Assembly: GCA_963731685.1 (NCBI GenBank)
Contig: CAVSWR010000039.1
Location: 59,004-123,003, forward strand
DNA from: an uncultured Planctomycetia bacterium
Lineage (GTDB): Bacteria > Planctomycetota > Planctomycetia > Pirellulales > S012-138
DNA: 64,000 bases
Direction of reading: 5' to 3'
Shown one piece after another: positions 1 to 10,875 of the stretch (positions within the stretch are counted from its first letter, which is position 1; each line of letters starts with the position of its first letter). Made by a program: the position numbers and the translations under genes. The notes under the pieces were generated by a model. The model had not been told where the DNA came from. It searched no databases and saw only the letters and a program-made list of their open reading frames with translations.

Positions 1-710
1 CTGGTGAACTCCAGCGGCAGGCGTTGGAGAATCTCCGACCATTTGAGCCCTGCCCGGTAAATCAGACGGTAAGCGAGCTTGAGTTGTGCGATGTCGTCGG
101 TCTTGAAGCCCGCGCGGCGCAGGCCGACCAGGTTCAGACCGACCACAAAGCTGCTGGCGCCGTCAACCGTGACATACGGCGGCACGTCTTTCACAATGTG
201 GGCCTGTCCGCCGACCATGGCCAGCCTTCCCACGCGGCAAAATTGGTGAATGCCCACGGCGCCGGAGATATACGCCCGATCATCGATGTGTACGTGCCCG
301 GCCAGCATGACGTTGTTGGCGACAATGACGCCCGAGCCCAGCCGGCAATCGTGGGCCACGTGGACATTGATCATCAGCAGATTGTTATCGCCGACGACGG
401 TCGCTTCATCGTCGCGTAACGGCCGGTGAATCGTGACATGCTCGCGGAGCACATTGTTCGAACCGATATCGACGCGCCCGGGCCGTTGGGGTGGGCGGGT
501 ATGTTGCGGGAAACCGCCGATCACGCACCCCTCGTAGATATGGTTGTTGTCGCCCAGGCGAACGCCCGACTTGAGAATCACGTGCGGTTCCAGCCGGCAG
601 CCCGCCCCGATGGCCACATCGTCTTCAACCACGCAGAACGGCCCCACGCTCACATCCGCGGCGATGCTGGCGGCGGGACTGACGAACGCCAAGGGGTGAA
701 TCATGGACAC
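1..710 (-). CDS. lpxA: Acyl-ACP--UDP-N-acetylglucosamine O-acyltransferase (LpxA), 3' end runs off window
   Basis: Not in the ORF track. Manual minus-strand translation from GTG710/ATG704 gives MIHPLAFVSPAASIAADVSVGPFCVVEDDVAIGAGCRLEPHV...IGGFPQH...IGSNNVLREHVTIHR...VGDNNLLMINVHVAHDC: hexapeptide repeats plus LpxA motifs. Confidence 0.9.
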   Translation of the reverse strand, partial: MSMIHPLAFVSPAASIAADVSVGPFCVVEDDVAIGAGCRLEPHVILKSGVRLGDNNHIYEGCVIGGFPQHTRPPQRPGRVDIGSNNVLREHVTIHRPLRDDEATVVGDNNLLMINVHVAHDCRLGSGVIVANNVMLAGHVHIDDRAYISGAVGIHQFCRVGRLAMVGGQAHIVKDVPPYVTVDGASSFVVGLNLVGLRRAGFKTDDIAQLKLAYRLIYRAGLKWSEILQRLPLEFT

Positions 711-1279
711 GCTGGCCCCCTTACTGTCCTATTAAAACCCGATAAGCAAACGGAAAGGCGCTGCCGGCACGTTGTGTCGGGATCGCTTTTTGGCACACTT
801 TCCACGGCTATCGAATGTATCGGCGTGAGGCTCCGCGGGAATTAACCAGTTGTGACGATTCTCCGGCGAAGGCGCCCTCGAGTCGCGGGCTCCTTCATTT
901 TTTTCTTGCGAGGCTTTGCGTCGCCGGCGCGCCCAATCCGTCATTGCCGCGCAGCCGGGAATCCAGCCGACGAACGTGGAATCTCCCGGGCAAATCCACA
1001 GATTTCCGCCCGCGCGGAAATGACTGGATGAGCAAGCGATCACCGGCCGCCGGCGCTTGACGCCGCCAGCAGGGGTTGTCATAACCGTGGCAGAGAATTT
1101 GGCTTTTTGCGTGCGATATCAGTCACCGCAACGAATCCCACACACGCTCTGCGCAAGCGAGCAACCGCGGCGGTTGTGGTTTTTTGCGCTGCTGGCGGCG
1201 TGCCCACAATTCGATCTCGGCAATTCGATCTCGGCCCGAGGCGCTAGAATTCGCGCGAAACCTAACGCAAGGAAACGGT

Positions 1280-1597
1280 ATGCCTACACAATATGAGCTA
1301 TACGACGAAGCCGACAAGCTCAAAGACGAGGGCAAACTCGACGAGGCGGTCGCCAAGTTGCAAGAAGCCTTGCAGGTCGACTCCGGCTATGCCTTGGCTC
1401 ACGCCGCCCTGGCGGTTGTGTATGGCCGCCTTGGGCAGCACGACAAGGCCGTCGAGCATGGCAAGAAAGTCTGCGAACTGGAACCGAACGACCCGTTCAG
1501 TTTCACCGCCCTCAGCGTGACTTGCCAGCGAGCCGGTTTGATTCCCGAGGCCGAAGACGCCATGGCCCGCGCACACGCGCTGCAACAGCACCGCTAG
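1280..1597 (+). CDS. Small tetratricopeptide-repeat protein
   Basis: MPTQYELYDEADKLKDEGKLDEAVAKLQEAL...AHAALAVVYGRLGQHDKAVEHGKKVCELEPND is TPR-like; AAGGA RBS upstream of ATG1280. Confidence 0.85.
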   Translation: MPTQYELYDEADKLKDEGKLDEAVAKLQEALQVDSGYALAHAALAVVYGRLGQHDKAVEHGKKVCELEPNDPFSFTALSVTCQRAGLIPEAEDAMARAHALQQHR

Positions 1598-1623
1598 GCC
1601 CGGTTTTTTTGAAAAACCCTGGC
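1597..1623 (+). terminator. Possible intrinsic terminator hairpin
   Basis: gcccggtttttt-tgaaaaaccctggc imperfect inverted repeat directly after the TPR gene stop. Confidence 0.4.
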
Positions 1624-2023
1624 GACGCACGTTTTCACGTTTTTCGCGAGGAAAACGCAAGCCCAAACCGCTGCCTCAGCGAGGCATGTTCGAGGGTCGT
1701 TTCGCTTGGAAGTCGGGCCGCCGGGCGTTGCGAACCAGGCGGCTTGAAATCAATTCCGCCCGGTTAAGGTTTGCCAGTTGCTTGAAACCCTCGCAGCGCG
1801 GCTCTATAGTAGCCTTTCTTCTCAATTTTTTCGAAAAGTTGCGATTGTGCGAACTTCGCCCATCGGTTCTGCGTAACGAAGTCAACCTCCCGCTACCGGC
1901 GCTTGCGCCGCTGGCGAGTGTTGCGTCGCCAAGTCTTGATGCAAATGAGACTTGGCGTATTGAGCCGATGAAAGCGTGTCGCGCCAAAGCCATTCACCCG
2001 CACCCCAACGTCGAACTTCCCCC

Positions 2024-3106
2024 ATGGTTTCATCCGCTGCTCAGGTCGTCATTCAGACTCGCAACCTGCAAAAGGTCTACCGCGATTTTTGGGGCCGGCA
2101 GAAAGTCCGCGCCCTCAAGTCGTTAGACCTCGAAGTCCACCAAGGCGAGATTTTCGGTCTGCTGGGCCCCAACGGTTCGGGCAAGACCACGACCATCAAA
2201 CTCATCCTGGGCCTGCTGTTTCCCACCGAGGGTGAAGTCAGCGTGCTGGGCAAGCCGGCTACCGACGTGGCCAAGAACGAGCGAATCGGCTATCTGCCCG
2301 AAGAGTCGTACCTCTACCGCTTTTTGAACGCCGAGGAAACGCTGCACTTTTACGGCCGGCTGTTCAATCTGCCCACCGACGTGCGGGTCAAACGCGTCAA
2401 CGACCTGATTGACCTCGTCGGCCTGGGCTGGGCGCGCAACCGGCAGTTGAAAGAATATTCCAAAGGCATGACGCGCCGCATTGGCCTGGCCCAAGCCTTG
2501 ATCAACGATCCGGACTTGATCATTCTCGACGAGCCGACGACGGGACTCGACCCCATCGGAACTCGCGAGATGAAAGACCTCATCCAAAAGTTGCGCGACG
2601 AGCAGGGAAAAACCGTGCTCATGTGCAGCCATCAACTGCCCGACGTGCAAGACGTCTGCGATCGCATCGCCATTTTGCACCAAGGTGAACTCAAGGACTT
2701 GGGTCGTGTTGACAGCCTGTTGCGGGTTGAAGACGTGACGGAGATTCGCGCCAGCGGACTCAGCGAGGAGGCCAAGGCCGAAATCAAGGAAGTCATCGAG
2801 CGGCGCCACGGCACGCTGGTGAAAATGGACAATCCCACCACGACCTTGGAGGAGTTGTTCTTGCGGATCGTCCGCGAGAGCGAAGCGCATCCGGGGCGGC
2901 GGATGGTCAGCGCCGATGGCGGCGGCGGTCCGGCGCAACATCCGGCGACGGCGGCCAATCGAAACCGGCGTCTGCCACGCCGCAGAAGAATGCGTAACGC
3001 AACACGACCTTTTTTGCACAACCGGGTTTTTTGCACAACGGACACGATCTTTCGCCGCGGCTCGGGCCAACCGCACAATCCATCGCTGAGTTCCGGGCGC
3101 CGCTGA
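2024..3106 (+). CDS. ABC transporter ATP-binding protein (ABC-2 exporter type); C-terminus probably frameshifted, true stop perhaps near 2997
   Basis: Walker A GPNGSGKT, signature YSKGM, Walker B IILDEPT, H-loop CSH. Confidence 0.93.
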   Translation: MVSSAAQVVIQTRNLQKVYRDFWGRQKVRALKSLDLEVHQGEIFGLLGPNGSGKTTTIKLILGLLFPTEGEVSVLGKPATDVAKNERIGYLPEESYLYRFLNAEETLHFYGRLFNLPTDVRVKRVNDLIDLVGLGWARNRQLKEYSKGMTRRIGLAQALINDPDLIILDEPTTGLDPIGTREMKDLIQKLRDEQGKTVLMCSHQLPDVQDVCDRIAILHQGELKDLGRVDSLLRVEDVTEIRASGLSEEAKAEIKEVIERRHGTLVKMDNPTTTLEELFLRIVRESEAHPGRRMVSADGGGGPAQHPATAANRNRRLPRRRRMRNATRPFLHNRVFCTTDTIFRRGSGQPHNPSLSSGRR

Positions 3107-3179
3107 GTTTTGGGTTTCGCTCAGTTCTGAGCGTTGCTGAATTCTGTGCGCACGCCGTGCGCCTTAGGGTAAACTGTCG

Positions 3180-5272
3180 ATGCCAATCGAACATGAGATT
3201 CCCCGCTGGTCTGAATGGATTGGCGGCGCCGCGCTCCAATGGGGCATCGTGCTGCTGGTCGTCGGCCTGCTAAGCGTCGGGCTGACCTTTCTCCTGGCCG
3301 CAGTCGGAAGAGGCCCCGGCGTGGCCTTGCGCATTGTCGGCGGGCGGCTGCTGGAGGCCACCAAGGACCTCATCGCCATTTCGCCGGGCCGCGTCGGCGC
3401 CTTGAGCATGCTGGCCATGCGCGAAGCGGTGCGTCGCCGCGTGCTGTACGCGGGGTTTGGCCTGTATGCGGTGATTTTGCTGTTTGGCGCCTGGTTCCTC
3501 ACGCCCTCGACCCAAGATCCGGCCAAGGTCTATCTCAGCTTCGTGCTCGGCTGGTCGAGCTTCCTGGTGCTGATTCTGGCCGTGTTCATGAGCGTCTTCA
3601 GCTTGCCCACGGACATCTCGCGCCACACCATCTACACCATTGTCACCAAACCGGTCCGTCCCAACGAGATCGTCCTGGGCCGCATCATCGGCTTTTCGGC
3701 CGTCGGCACGCTGTTGCTGGTCGTGATGGGCTTCAGCAGTTATTTCTTCGTGCTGCGCGGGCTCGATCACGGCCACGAGGTGCAAACCACCTCGTTGCAC
3801 CGCGTGCGGCAAACCTCCGATCGCGGCGACCGCACGCTCTTCAAGGGCCGCACCACCAGCAGCTACGATCACTTCCACGACGTGACGATCGACATCGACG
3901 CCGGCCTCGGCAGCGCCCTGGACTCCAACGGTCACGAACACAACGTCACCTTGGAGAACACCGGCGACAAGTCCGGCTCGGTGGAAAAGATCGCCGCCGC
4001 CGGCGAAACCGGCGGTGAGGCCAGCCCGTCGTCGCCGGAGGCCATCCGCGTCACCTCGCCGGAACATGGCCTGCGCGACGGCGACCTCGTGCGCATTACG
4101 GGCGTCGAGGGCGCCAAGGAGGCCAACAGCGTCTGGGTGGTCCGCAGGGTGGACGACAACAGTTTCGATCTGGCCGACAGTCAATATGTCTCGCCGTATG
4201 TCTCCGGGGGCAAATGGACCACGGTGCAATACGTGGTGGGCTCGCCGTTTGGCATGTTGACCGCGCGGGTGCCGATCTACGCCAAGACGCTCGGCTTCAT
4301 CGACCGCGACGGCGCCCCGGCCGAGAAAGGCGTCAACGTCGGCAACGAGTGGACCTATCGCAGTTTCATCGAAGGCGGCACCCCCAGCCGCGCCATGTGG
4401 ATGTTCGATGGGATCACGCCCGAAAACTTCCCGCGAGACCAAGATCAGTTCAAGAACGGCCTGCCGCTGCAGATGACCTTGCGTGTGTTTCGCACCCACA
4501 AAGGCGACATCAAGAAGCGCGTCCTCGGCGCCATCTACGTGCGGAATCCGAAGACGGGCCTGCGCTCCACGCCCATGAATTTTGTGTCAGACGAGTACCG
4601 CGTCTACCAGCACACGCTGCCTTACGCGCTGCAAGCCAAGGACGAGCAGGGCCGCTCGATCGAAAAGGATTTCTTCCACGACTTTGTCGATAACGGCCAG
4701 GTGGTCATCGAGGTCGCTTGCGTCGAAAGCGCGCAGTATTTCGGCATGGCCAAACCCGACTTGTACATCCTGGCCCGCGACGGCTCGTTCGCCGGCAATT
4801 TCGCCAAAGGCTACACCAGCATCTGGCTGCAGATGGTGTTGCTCACGTCGCTGGGCGTCATGTTCAGCACCTTCCTCAACGGACCCGTGGCCATGCTGGC
4901 GACTTCGGCCGCGGCCGTGGGAGGCGTCTTTTCCGGTTTCATCAGCAATGTGATTTCCGGCGAACTCCCCGGCGGGGGACCGTTCGAGTCGTTGTTGCGA
5001 TTGGTGACCAAAGCGCCCAGACCACGCCGTTGGATCCCGGCGTGACCGCCTCGGTGGTGCAAGGTCTGGATTTCTGCGTGCTCCAAGTGCTGCGCGTGGC
5101 GGTGGAAGTCGTGCCGCGGCTGCCGTCGATCAGCGACGAAGACTGGGTGACGCACGGTTACGACGTGCCTTGGAACAATCTCTTCGTGCAAGCGCTGACG
5201 GTGCTGGCGTTCGCCGTGCCGTTGTTTGTGCTCGGGCACTATATCCTTAAGGGTCGCGAGGTGGCCAAGTAA
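3180..5272 (+). CDS. ABC-2-type permease with a large extracytoplasmic insertion; frameshift near 5015 joins ORFs 3180-5045 and 4718-5272
   Basis: Several N-terminal TM helices, motif SLPTDISRHTIYTIVTKPVRPNEIVLGRIIG, and C-terminal TM helices ending ILKGREVAK whose stop overlaps the next ATG. Confidence 0.85.
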
Positions 5273-6870
5273 TGAACCATCAAAAGCGTTCCTTTGTCCG
5301 CAAAGTCGTGTATCTGGCCAGCATGGCCCTGTTGCTCGTGCCGCTCTCGCTGTTGAGCCGGCCGGCCACCACCGGCGCCGGGGGCGAATCCGGCGGCCAG
5401 GGAGGACTGCTCTCGCGGTTGCGAACCGAGCACCGGCTCACCCAAGCCAACCTCGGCAAGATCGACCCCACCAGCTCCGCCATGAAACTTTCCACGCTCG
5501 GCATGCGCGGCGTGGCGGCCAATATCTTGTGGGAGCGGGCCCACTACTTCCAAAAGACCGAAGACTGGGCCAGCCTGCAAACCACCCTCGACCAGATCTC
5601 CTACTTGCAGCCAAACTTCGTTTCGGTCTGGCGGTTCCAGGCTTGGAACATGTCGTTCAATGTATCGTCCGAATGGGACGACTACCGCGACCGCTACTAC
5701 TATGTGATCGAAGGCATCAAGTACCTCGACCGCGGCCAGGAGTACAACCAGCGCGACACGCGCTTGCTGTGGGACGAGGCTTGGTTCACCGGTTACAAGA
5801 TCGGCCGGTGCGACGAGTTCCGCCAGTTTCGCTTGTTGTTCCGCCTCGACCGCGTGAACTCCATCGATTCGTTCCTGCCCACGAACCTGGAACAGGGCGA
5901 GGCCCGCGACAACTGGCGCGTGGCGAAGCTCACGTTCAACGAGGCGATCCAACTCGTCGAAACGCGTGACGTGCCGGTGCGCGGCGCCTCGCCGGTGCTG
6001 TTCTTTTCCGAACCGGCCAAGTGTACCATCCGCTACGTGGCGGCCCGCGAATCCGACGACACCGTGGTGGAAGACGGCGTCGAGTTGTTGCGTCCCATGT
6101 TCGGCGACAAGGCGAAGCGTTGGTGGGACTTGGCCCTGGAAGAGTGGGGCAAGTTTGGCGAGCGGCCGTTTACGTCGTACTCGTTCGTAGGCCAAACCTA
6201 CCGCATGCACGACCTGGACAAGTACGACGCCCGGGCGAATGAGGCCCTGGAAAAACTCGACGCCTTGGCGCCGGGCTTGCGCGAGCAGTTGAAAGAAAAG
6301 AAGAAACAGGCGCTAACCAAGGTAGAACGGGATCTCCTGGAAAAGCCCGCCAAGGACCTTACCGATCCCGAACACCAGCGGCTGGCCAATTTGGAGGAAC
6401 GGCTGGCGGTTTCACATCTCGAGGTGGCCCAGGCCGTGCCCGAGGAAAAACGCGCCGCGGCCATCAAGTTGGCCCAAGAAGTCGAAACCGCCCAGCAGTG
6501 GGCCAACTCGATCCGAGCCCAATGGCGTGTCGTCAACTTCGAATACTGGCGCGACCGCTGCAAGGCCGAGGGCTCCGAACTTGGGCTGGAGGCCCGCGAG
6601 TTGACACACGACGCCCGCGAGGCCTATCGGCGCGACCCGTTCACGGCCAAGGAGCCATACGCTAAGGCCTTTGCCAAGTGGAACGATCTGTTCGAGCAAT
6701 ACCCCGTGCTGATGGGCGACGGCGACGTCGGCGAAGATTTGATCCTGGAGGTTCGCCGCTATGTCAAAGCCCTGCGGGCGCACGACCTGAAGTTCTCTGA
6801 GAACAACCCCTGGAAGAACATCCAGCAGTTGATCAAGGAGCGAGATCCCCAGCCGCCAATCGTCGATTAG
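5272..6870 (+). CDS. Planctomycete conserved membrane-anchored helical protein (often annotated 'IRE (iron responsive element)')
   Basis: N-terminal anchor, LGMRGVAANILW and LQPNFVSVWRFQAWNMSFNVS motifs; translationally coupled to the permease. Confidence 0.75.
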   Translation: MNHQKRSFVRKVVYLASMALLLVPLSLLSRPATTGAGGESGGQGGLLSRLRTEHRLTQANLGKIDPTSSAMKLSTLGMRGVAANILWERAHYFQKTEDWASLQTTLDQISYLQPNFVSVWRFQAWNMSFNVSSEWDDYRDRYYYVIEGIKYLDRGQEYNQRDTRLLWDEAWFTGYKIGRCDEFRQFRLLFRLDRVNSIDSFLPTNLEQGEARDNWRVAKLTFNEAIQLVETRDVPVRGASPVLFFSEPAKCTIRYVAARESDDTVVEDGVELLRPMFGDKAKRWWDLALEEWGKFGERPFTSYSFVGQTYRMHDLDKYDARANEALEKLDALAPGLREQLKEKKKQALTKVERDLLEKPAKDLTDPEHQRLANLEERLAVSHLEVAQAVPEEKRAAAIKLAQEVETAQQWANSIRAQWRVVNFEYWRDRCKAEGSELGLEARELTHDAREAYRRDPFTAKEPYAKAFAKWNDLFEQYPVLMGDGDVGEDLILEVRRYVKALRAHDLKFSENNPWKNIQQLIKERDPQPPIVD

Positions 6871-6983
6871 CGCTTCAGCAAACCTTACGCGCACGGGCTG
6901 CGATTGGCGCCGGCCAGTCGGATACTGTTAGCCGTTTTGGCGCTAGCGACGGTTCTTCTTACGCGACGGAACCGTGGCTAGCG

Positions 6984-7563
6984 CTGGGCTGTTAAAAATC
7001 TGGTATGGCGGCGATTTTCCGCTTGCGCAGGTTTTGTTCCGGGCGCCGTCGGGCGCCCGGGGTCGAACGCCGTGAGCCGCGACACGGCGCCGGGGAAAAG
7101 CGCGTCCGCGATATCGGGTTGCGGACGCACAGCAAGATACCACCGACGCAAGTCGGTGGAGCGTCATTCAACCGGCTACACCGACGGCGCCCCCTTCAAC
7201 TTCTCGCCGACGCCCGTCGGCGCGCTGCGGGAATTTGGCGCCGCACAAGAATCCTTCGGTCGCTGCCACGCAGCTTGGTTTCAGTTGTGGCCGTCTATCG
7301 TGGGACTGGCGTCCCACACGATAGCAATCGCTGCGCGTCGTCGCTCTGCGACTAAGACGGCGGCAGGCAAGTGGCGTGGAATTCATTCCACGCGAGCCGC
7401 CCACGCGGTCTGCCTTGAGCTTGTCCGTTGGACGGTTTCGCGTATTGCGATACGTCGTCCCTTCTGGGGGCTCGATGCGTTCGAGCCCAGGCGCCCAACG
7501 GCGCCCGGAACAAAACTTGCGCAAGCGGGAAATCGCCGCAACCCCAAATTCTTAACAGCCTAG
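6984..7563. mobile_element. Non-autonomous MITE-like element with long terminal inverted repeats and internal REP-like modules
   Basis: 6987-7069 (ggctgttaaaaatctgg...gcttgcgcaggttttgttccgggcgccg...tcgaacgc) is an imperfect reverse complement of 7477-7560. Flanks are ctgg/ctag; no transposase. Internal blocks recur inverted at 41283-41366 and 43016-43137. Confidence 0.8.
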
Positions 7564-7610
7564 ATGTAACGATGATTTTCAAGGGCGTCGCGCGTGATCG
7601 CCACAAGAGA

Positions 7611-7702
7611 AACGACTGAAACGAACCGTGGCCGTCGTCGTGGTTTTTCAAACTTCAACTTGCACTCGTCCGGCCTCGGCAGTTTAGCCTCGATCATTAG
7701 TC
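7611..7702 (+). repeat. Degenerate attC-like imperfect palindrome
   Basis: aacgactgaaac...gccg...cttcaac...cggcctcggcagtttagcc; arms pair imperfectly with bulged bases; similar to 8866-8957. Confidence 0.55.
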
Positions 7703-7740
7703 CAAAAGAGACCGGCCAGTTGTGTGCTGGGGAATAGTCG

Positions 7741-8124
7741 ATGTCGTTGATCCAGTGTGCGGGTTGTTTGGCCGTCCATGAGTCCACGGCGCCGGTCTGC
7801 CCCGTCTGTGGTCGATGCCCCGGCTGTGGCAAGCGTCGCGTATCGAAGCGGGAACTCCGCTCGCTCGGCGCCTGCGCTTGCTGCAACGCCCCCTATTGCT
7901 CCGGCTGCGGACGCTGTCACGGCTGCGGAGCGGTCCGCTTCGCCGAGATGGCCGGGTGCAGTTGTGGCTTTCCAACGGATTCGGACAAGGTCCGAAATGT
8001 CGAAGAGACATTCGGGCTACAAGAGCGGAGAGCAGGTTGTTTGGCGGCGTTATCCGTTGCTGGCTTAGGATTGGCTTTGGTCTCGAGCGGCATTTCATTA
8101 TTATGGTTATTCGTAGTTGTCTGA
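7741..8124 (+). CDS. Cys-rich (multiple CxxC zinc-ribbon-like) protein with C-terminal TM helix; cassette-like
   Basis: CAGC, CPVC, CPGC, CNAPYCSGCGRCHGC, CSC and a hydrophobic C-terminus. Confidence 0.6.
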   Translation: MSLIQCAGCLAVHESTAPVCPVCGRCPGCGKRRVSKRELRSLGACACCNAPYCSGCGRCHGCGAVRFAEMAGCSCGFPTDSDKVRNVEETFGLQERRAGCLAALSVAGLGLALVSSGISLLWLFVVV

Positions 8125-8207
8125 CACTCGGTTCCAGACGGAACCGCGGGGTGTGCGGCTGCTGAAATCCCGGTCGTTCGCCGCGGCCTCGTGAACTTCG
8201 CCGGTTT
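8125..8207 (+). repeat. Degenerate attC-like palindrome (second type)
   Basis: acggaaccgcgg...ccgcggcctcgt arms immediately after the stop of 7741-8124 and before the next gene. Confidence 0.4.
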
Positions 8208-8226
8208 GAATTTCAAGTTTGTGGCC

Positions 8227-8862
8227 ATGGTTGTTCGTGTCAAATGCGTCGAGTGCGACAACATGATCCTTCCGCAAACCGCCGCGAACAACGGCGGGCT
8301 TTGCGGACAGTGCGTTAAGATGTCACCGGAACTCCGTGCTGAGAAGCGTAAATACGAGCAAAGGCTTGCGGACAGGCTTGTTTTCATACCGAGCGATGAG
8401 GAAAGGGCAAGTTCAGCGACGCCGGATGAACTCACTAGCGGCGGATGGCAACTTCAGCCGGAGTATTACGCCGGCGGCAATGTTGCCTCTCCGATGGACG
8501 CAATCGCTGCGGCCAAGTTGCAATCGGAAGGCAACGTGTTTCTCGTCACTGACGCTGGCGGCGAACTGAACCTCGGTTTCACGGAGTGCTATGGCCTCTG
8601 CGAGTACCAGAATCCGCAATCCGGCGATTATCGCTATGCGTACACGGAATCCAATTTGTGCAAACAGGCGCCTCCAGAACTTCATGTCATCCAAGCGTGT
8701 TCGTGCTGCGGCGTTGGAATGCTTTGGTATCCGAGCCGATTTCACATGCCGCGAGACAAAGCCTTCTCCATTCTCGAAGACGCGGTCGCAAAGCGGGAGG
8801 CGCCAGGTGTGCAATGGCTGAAATGCGACGATTTCTCTTATACCGAACGTGGGCGTGGCTAA
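8227..8862 (+). CDS. Hypothetical protein with N-terminal CxxC...CxxC and C-terminal CxCC motif; cassette-like
   Basis: MVVRVKCVECDNMILPQTAANNGGLCGQC...QACSCCGVG; lower GC than flanking core genes. Confidence 0.7.
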   Translation: MVVRVKCVECDNMILPQTAANNGGLCGQCVKMSPELRAEKRKYEQRLADRLVFIPSDEERASSATPDELTSGGWQLQPEYYAGGNVASPMDAIAAAKLQSEGNVFLVTDAGGELNLGFTECYGLCEYQNPQSGDYRYAYTESNLCKQAPPELHVIQACSCCGVGMLWYPSRFHMPRDKAFSILEDAVAKREAPGVQWLKCDDFSYTERGRG

Positions 8863-8865
8863 GGG

Positions 8866-8957
8866 TAGAACCAACGGCTGAAACTGCCCCGAACCACCAT
8901 CCCGGTCCTTCGCGCTTCAACGTCGTTGCGGGCGGCCCCGGCGAGGTTAGCGTTACT
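8866..8957 (+). repeat. Degenerate attC-like site
   Basis: Starts 3 nt after a stop: tagaaccaacggctgaaactg...cttcaacgtc...ggcggccccggcgaggttagcgtta; shares blocks with 7611-7702. Confidence 0.6.
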
Positions 8958-8992
8958 CCACAACAGCAAAACAATACCGTTGAGGCGGAGTA

Positions 8993-9435
8993 GTGGAAAA
9001 CTTGACGGCAAACCCTTACCAATCGCCTACGACATCCACCCACGCGCCGCCGACGGCCCGCGGTGATCGCGGCTATCGCGGGCCGCAGGTGTACTTCGTA
9101 TTTGGTATTCTGACCGGTTCTGGAGCGGCGCTCTTTCTTCTCGCGGCAGATCGAGGCTTCTCCACGGTCCAAGTAGCGATGGCCTTCTTACTCGTCCTGC
9201 TTGGGGCGCCGATAAGCGGTGTCGTTTATCGTCTGCGATCGCGAGATTGGCCGATCGATTACACCGTTCGGCCCCGGCAAATTCGGGCGTCGCTCGCGAC
9301 ACTTTTACTTCCTGCGCGTACGCGGTTTCGACCGGAATGAAGCCGCCAAACGGCGCCACAATAACCTTGATGGCGGCGCTGCTGTCGGCATCGGCTGTGG
9401 TTGGTATATTTGCTTCTGGTCTGCGGCGCGGATAA
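8993..9435 (+). CDS. Small membrane protein with N-terminal NPYxSP motif (frameshift near 9315)
   Basis: MENLTANPYQSP followed by TM helices; the last helix continues in the frame of ORF 9247-9435. Confidence 0.6.
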
Positions 9436-9464
9436 AGGGCGCCGTAACATAAGGAAACGCGCTC

Positions 9465-10322
9465 ATGATCACTGTGTCCGCATCCCTCCTGTTGACTGCG
9501 GCGTGTGTCGCTGCGGTCGATCCGACCCACTACGCTGTCCGCGGCGATTTCCTGGTCTTTCATCGCCATGCGACCGATGACGACGTCGCCGTCTTGGACG
9601 CACATCCTGAAATTGGCGGCGTCGCTTTTGAGACCGGACCGTGGGATGGTCCCGTCGATCCGCGAGACGTGCCCATCGAAGTCACGAATCGCGGTTTTGC
9701 CTACCTGGCGCGTTGCAAGAAACTGCACACGCTCCGACTCAGCTTCATGCAACCCCTGCGGGTGACAGACGCCGGGCTCAAGTCCCTCGCCGGGCTCAAG
9801 GAACTTCGCGTGCTTCAACTCGGAGTTACGCCGTTCAGCAACCGCGGCCTCGCCCACATCGCGAAACTTCCGCAGCTCGAAGAGTTGTGGCTGGACTTCA
9901 ATTCTCAGTGTGACGACGGCGCGATGGAAACGATCGCCGATCTCAAAACGTTGCGCGTGCTCCGTTTCTACGGCGCCCCCCTCACCGACAAAGGCGTCGC
10001 CAAACTGGCGGGTCTGTCGAGGCTGGAAGACCTGCAACTCGGAAGGTCGCAGGTCGGCGACGCGGGGCTGAAGACGATTGCCAGTCTTGGCCGACTCAAG
10101 ACACTCGACCTGCAGCACACCCGTGTGACCGACGCCGGCATGCGGCGTTTAACCTCGCTGAGGAAACTTGAGTGGCTGTGCCTGAAAGGAACGGCCGTCA
10201 CCCGCAAGGGCCTTGCCCAACTAGTGGACCTGCCCAACCTGAAATCGCTTTATCTGGACGAATCTCAGGCGGAGAACCTGCCGGAAGAGTTAGCCGCGAA
10301 AGTCAAAGGGACCTCCCCATGA
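9465..10322 (+). CDS. Exported leucine-rich-repeat protein (24-aa LRRs)
   Basis: Repeats LxxLxxLxLxxTxVTDAGL; signal-peptide-like N-terminus; AAGGA RBS. Confidence 0.88.
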   Translation: MITVSASLLLTAACVAAVDPTHYAVRGDFLVFHRHATDDDVAVLDAHPEIGGVAFETGPWDGPVDPRDVPIEVTNRGFAYLARCKKLHTLRLSFMQPLRVTDAGLKSLAGLKELRVLQLGVTPFSNRGLAHIAKLPQLEELWLDFNSQCDDGAMETIADLKTLRVLRFYGAPLTDKGVAKLAGLSRLEDLQLGRSQVGDAGLKTIASLGRLKTLDLQHTRVTDAGMRRLTSLRKLEWLCLKGTAVTRKGLAQLVDLPNLKSLYLDESQAENLPEELAAKVKGTSP

Positions 10323-10368
10323 CCCGATTGAACGCGACTCGTCTGAATCTAATCCAAGCGAGCAGCGG

Positions 10369-10875
10369 GTGTCCGTGGAACGATCGGTGTCGAGCGGCCC
10401 CGCGACGCCGGAGGAGTTCGCTTTTGCGTCAGGTTGCAAGCTGGTGAACGAAGAGCGCGAAACCTTGCTGATGGAGCATCTCGCGGCAAGATCGCGTCTT
10501 TCGCTTCGCAGGTTCTGCGTCAAGGTCCGCTCAGCGCTGAACCTGCCGAAGTTCAGGTTCGGATCGGAGAACGAAACCGAGTGGGGCTTCGTGAGAATCG
10601 GCGCGGTCGAATACAACATCTCACGGCCTTACGAGGCTTCGACGCTTCGGGAGTGGGACGATACCGTTCCCGAGGGGTGCAATTTCGGAATCTCGCTGAT
10701 GGTCTACCGGGGACATCCGAATCCCGATCATCAGTGGGTCAGCGAGAATCTGGTCGAACCCGTCGCGCAGCGCCTCGCCAACGCCTTGGGTGTGACCATG
10801 CACTACCACCGCACTTGGGAAGGCCCCGGCCGGAATACGCCGAGATCCCGCACATTCCTGCCAGACGCGGGTTAG
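10369..10875 (+). CDS. Hypothetical protein (start uncertain, alternative ATG10471)
   Basis: Protein-like composition; same orientation as the cassette-like array; followed by a long hairpin at 10877-10970. Confidence 0.55.
   Translation: MSVERSVSSGPATPEEFAFASGCKLVNEERETLLMEHLAARSRLSLRRFCVKVRSALNLPKFRFGSENETEWGFVRIGAVEYNISRPYEASTLREWDDTVPEGCNFGISLMVYRGHPNPDHQWVSENLVEPVAQRLANALGVTMHYHRTWEGPGRNTPRSRTFLPDAG

Noticed and set aside
24-845. Plus-strand ORFs 24-419 and 426-845
   Set aside because: They are antisense shadows of lpxA.
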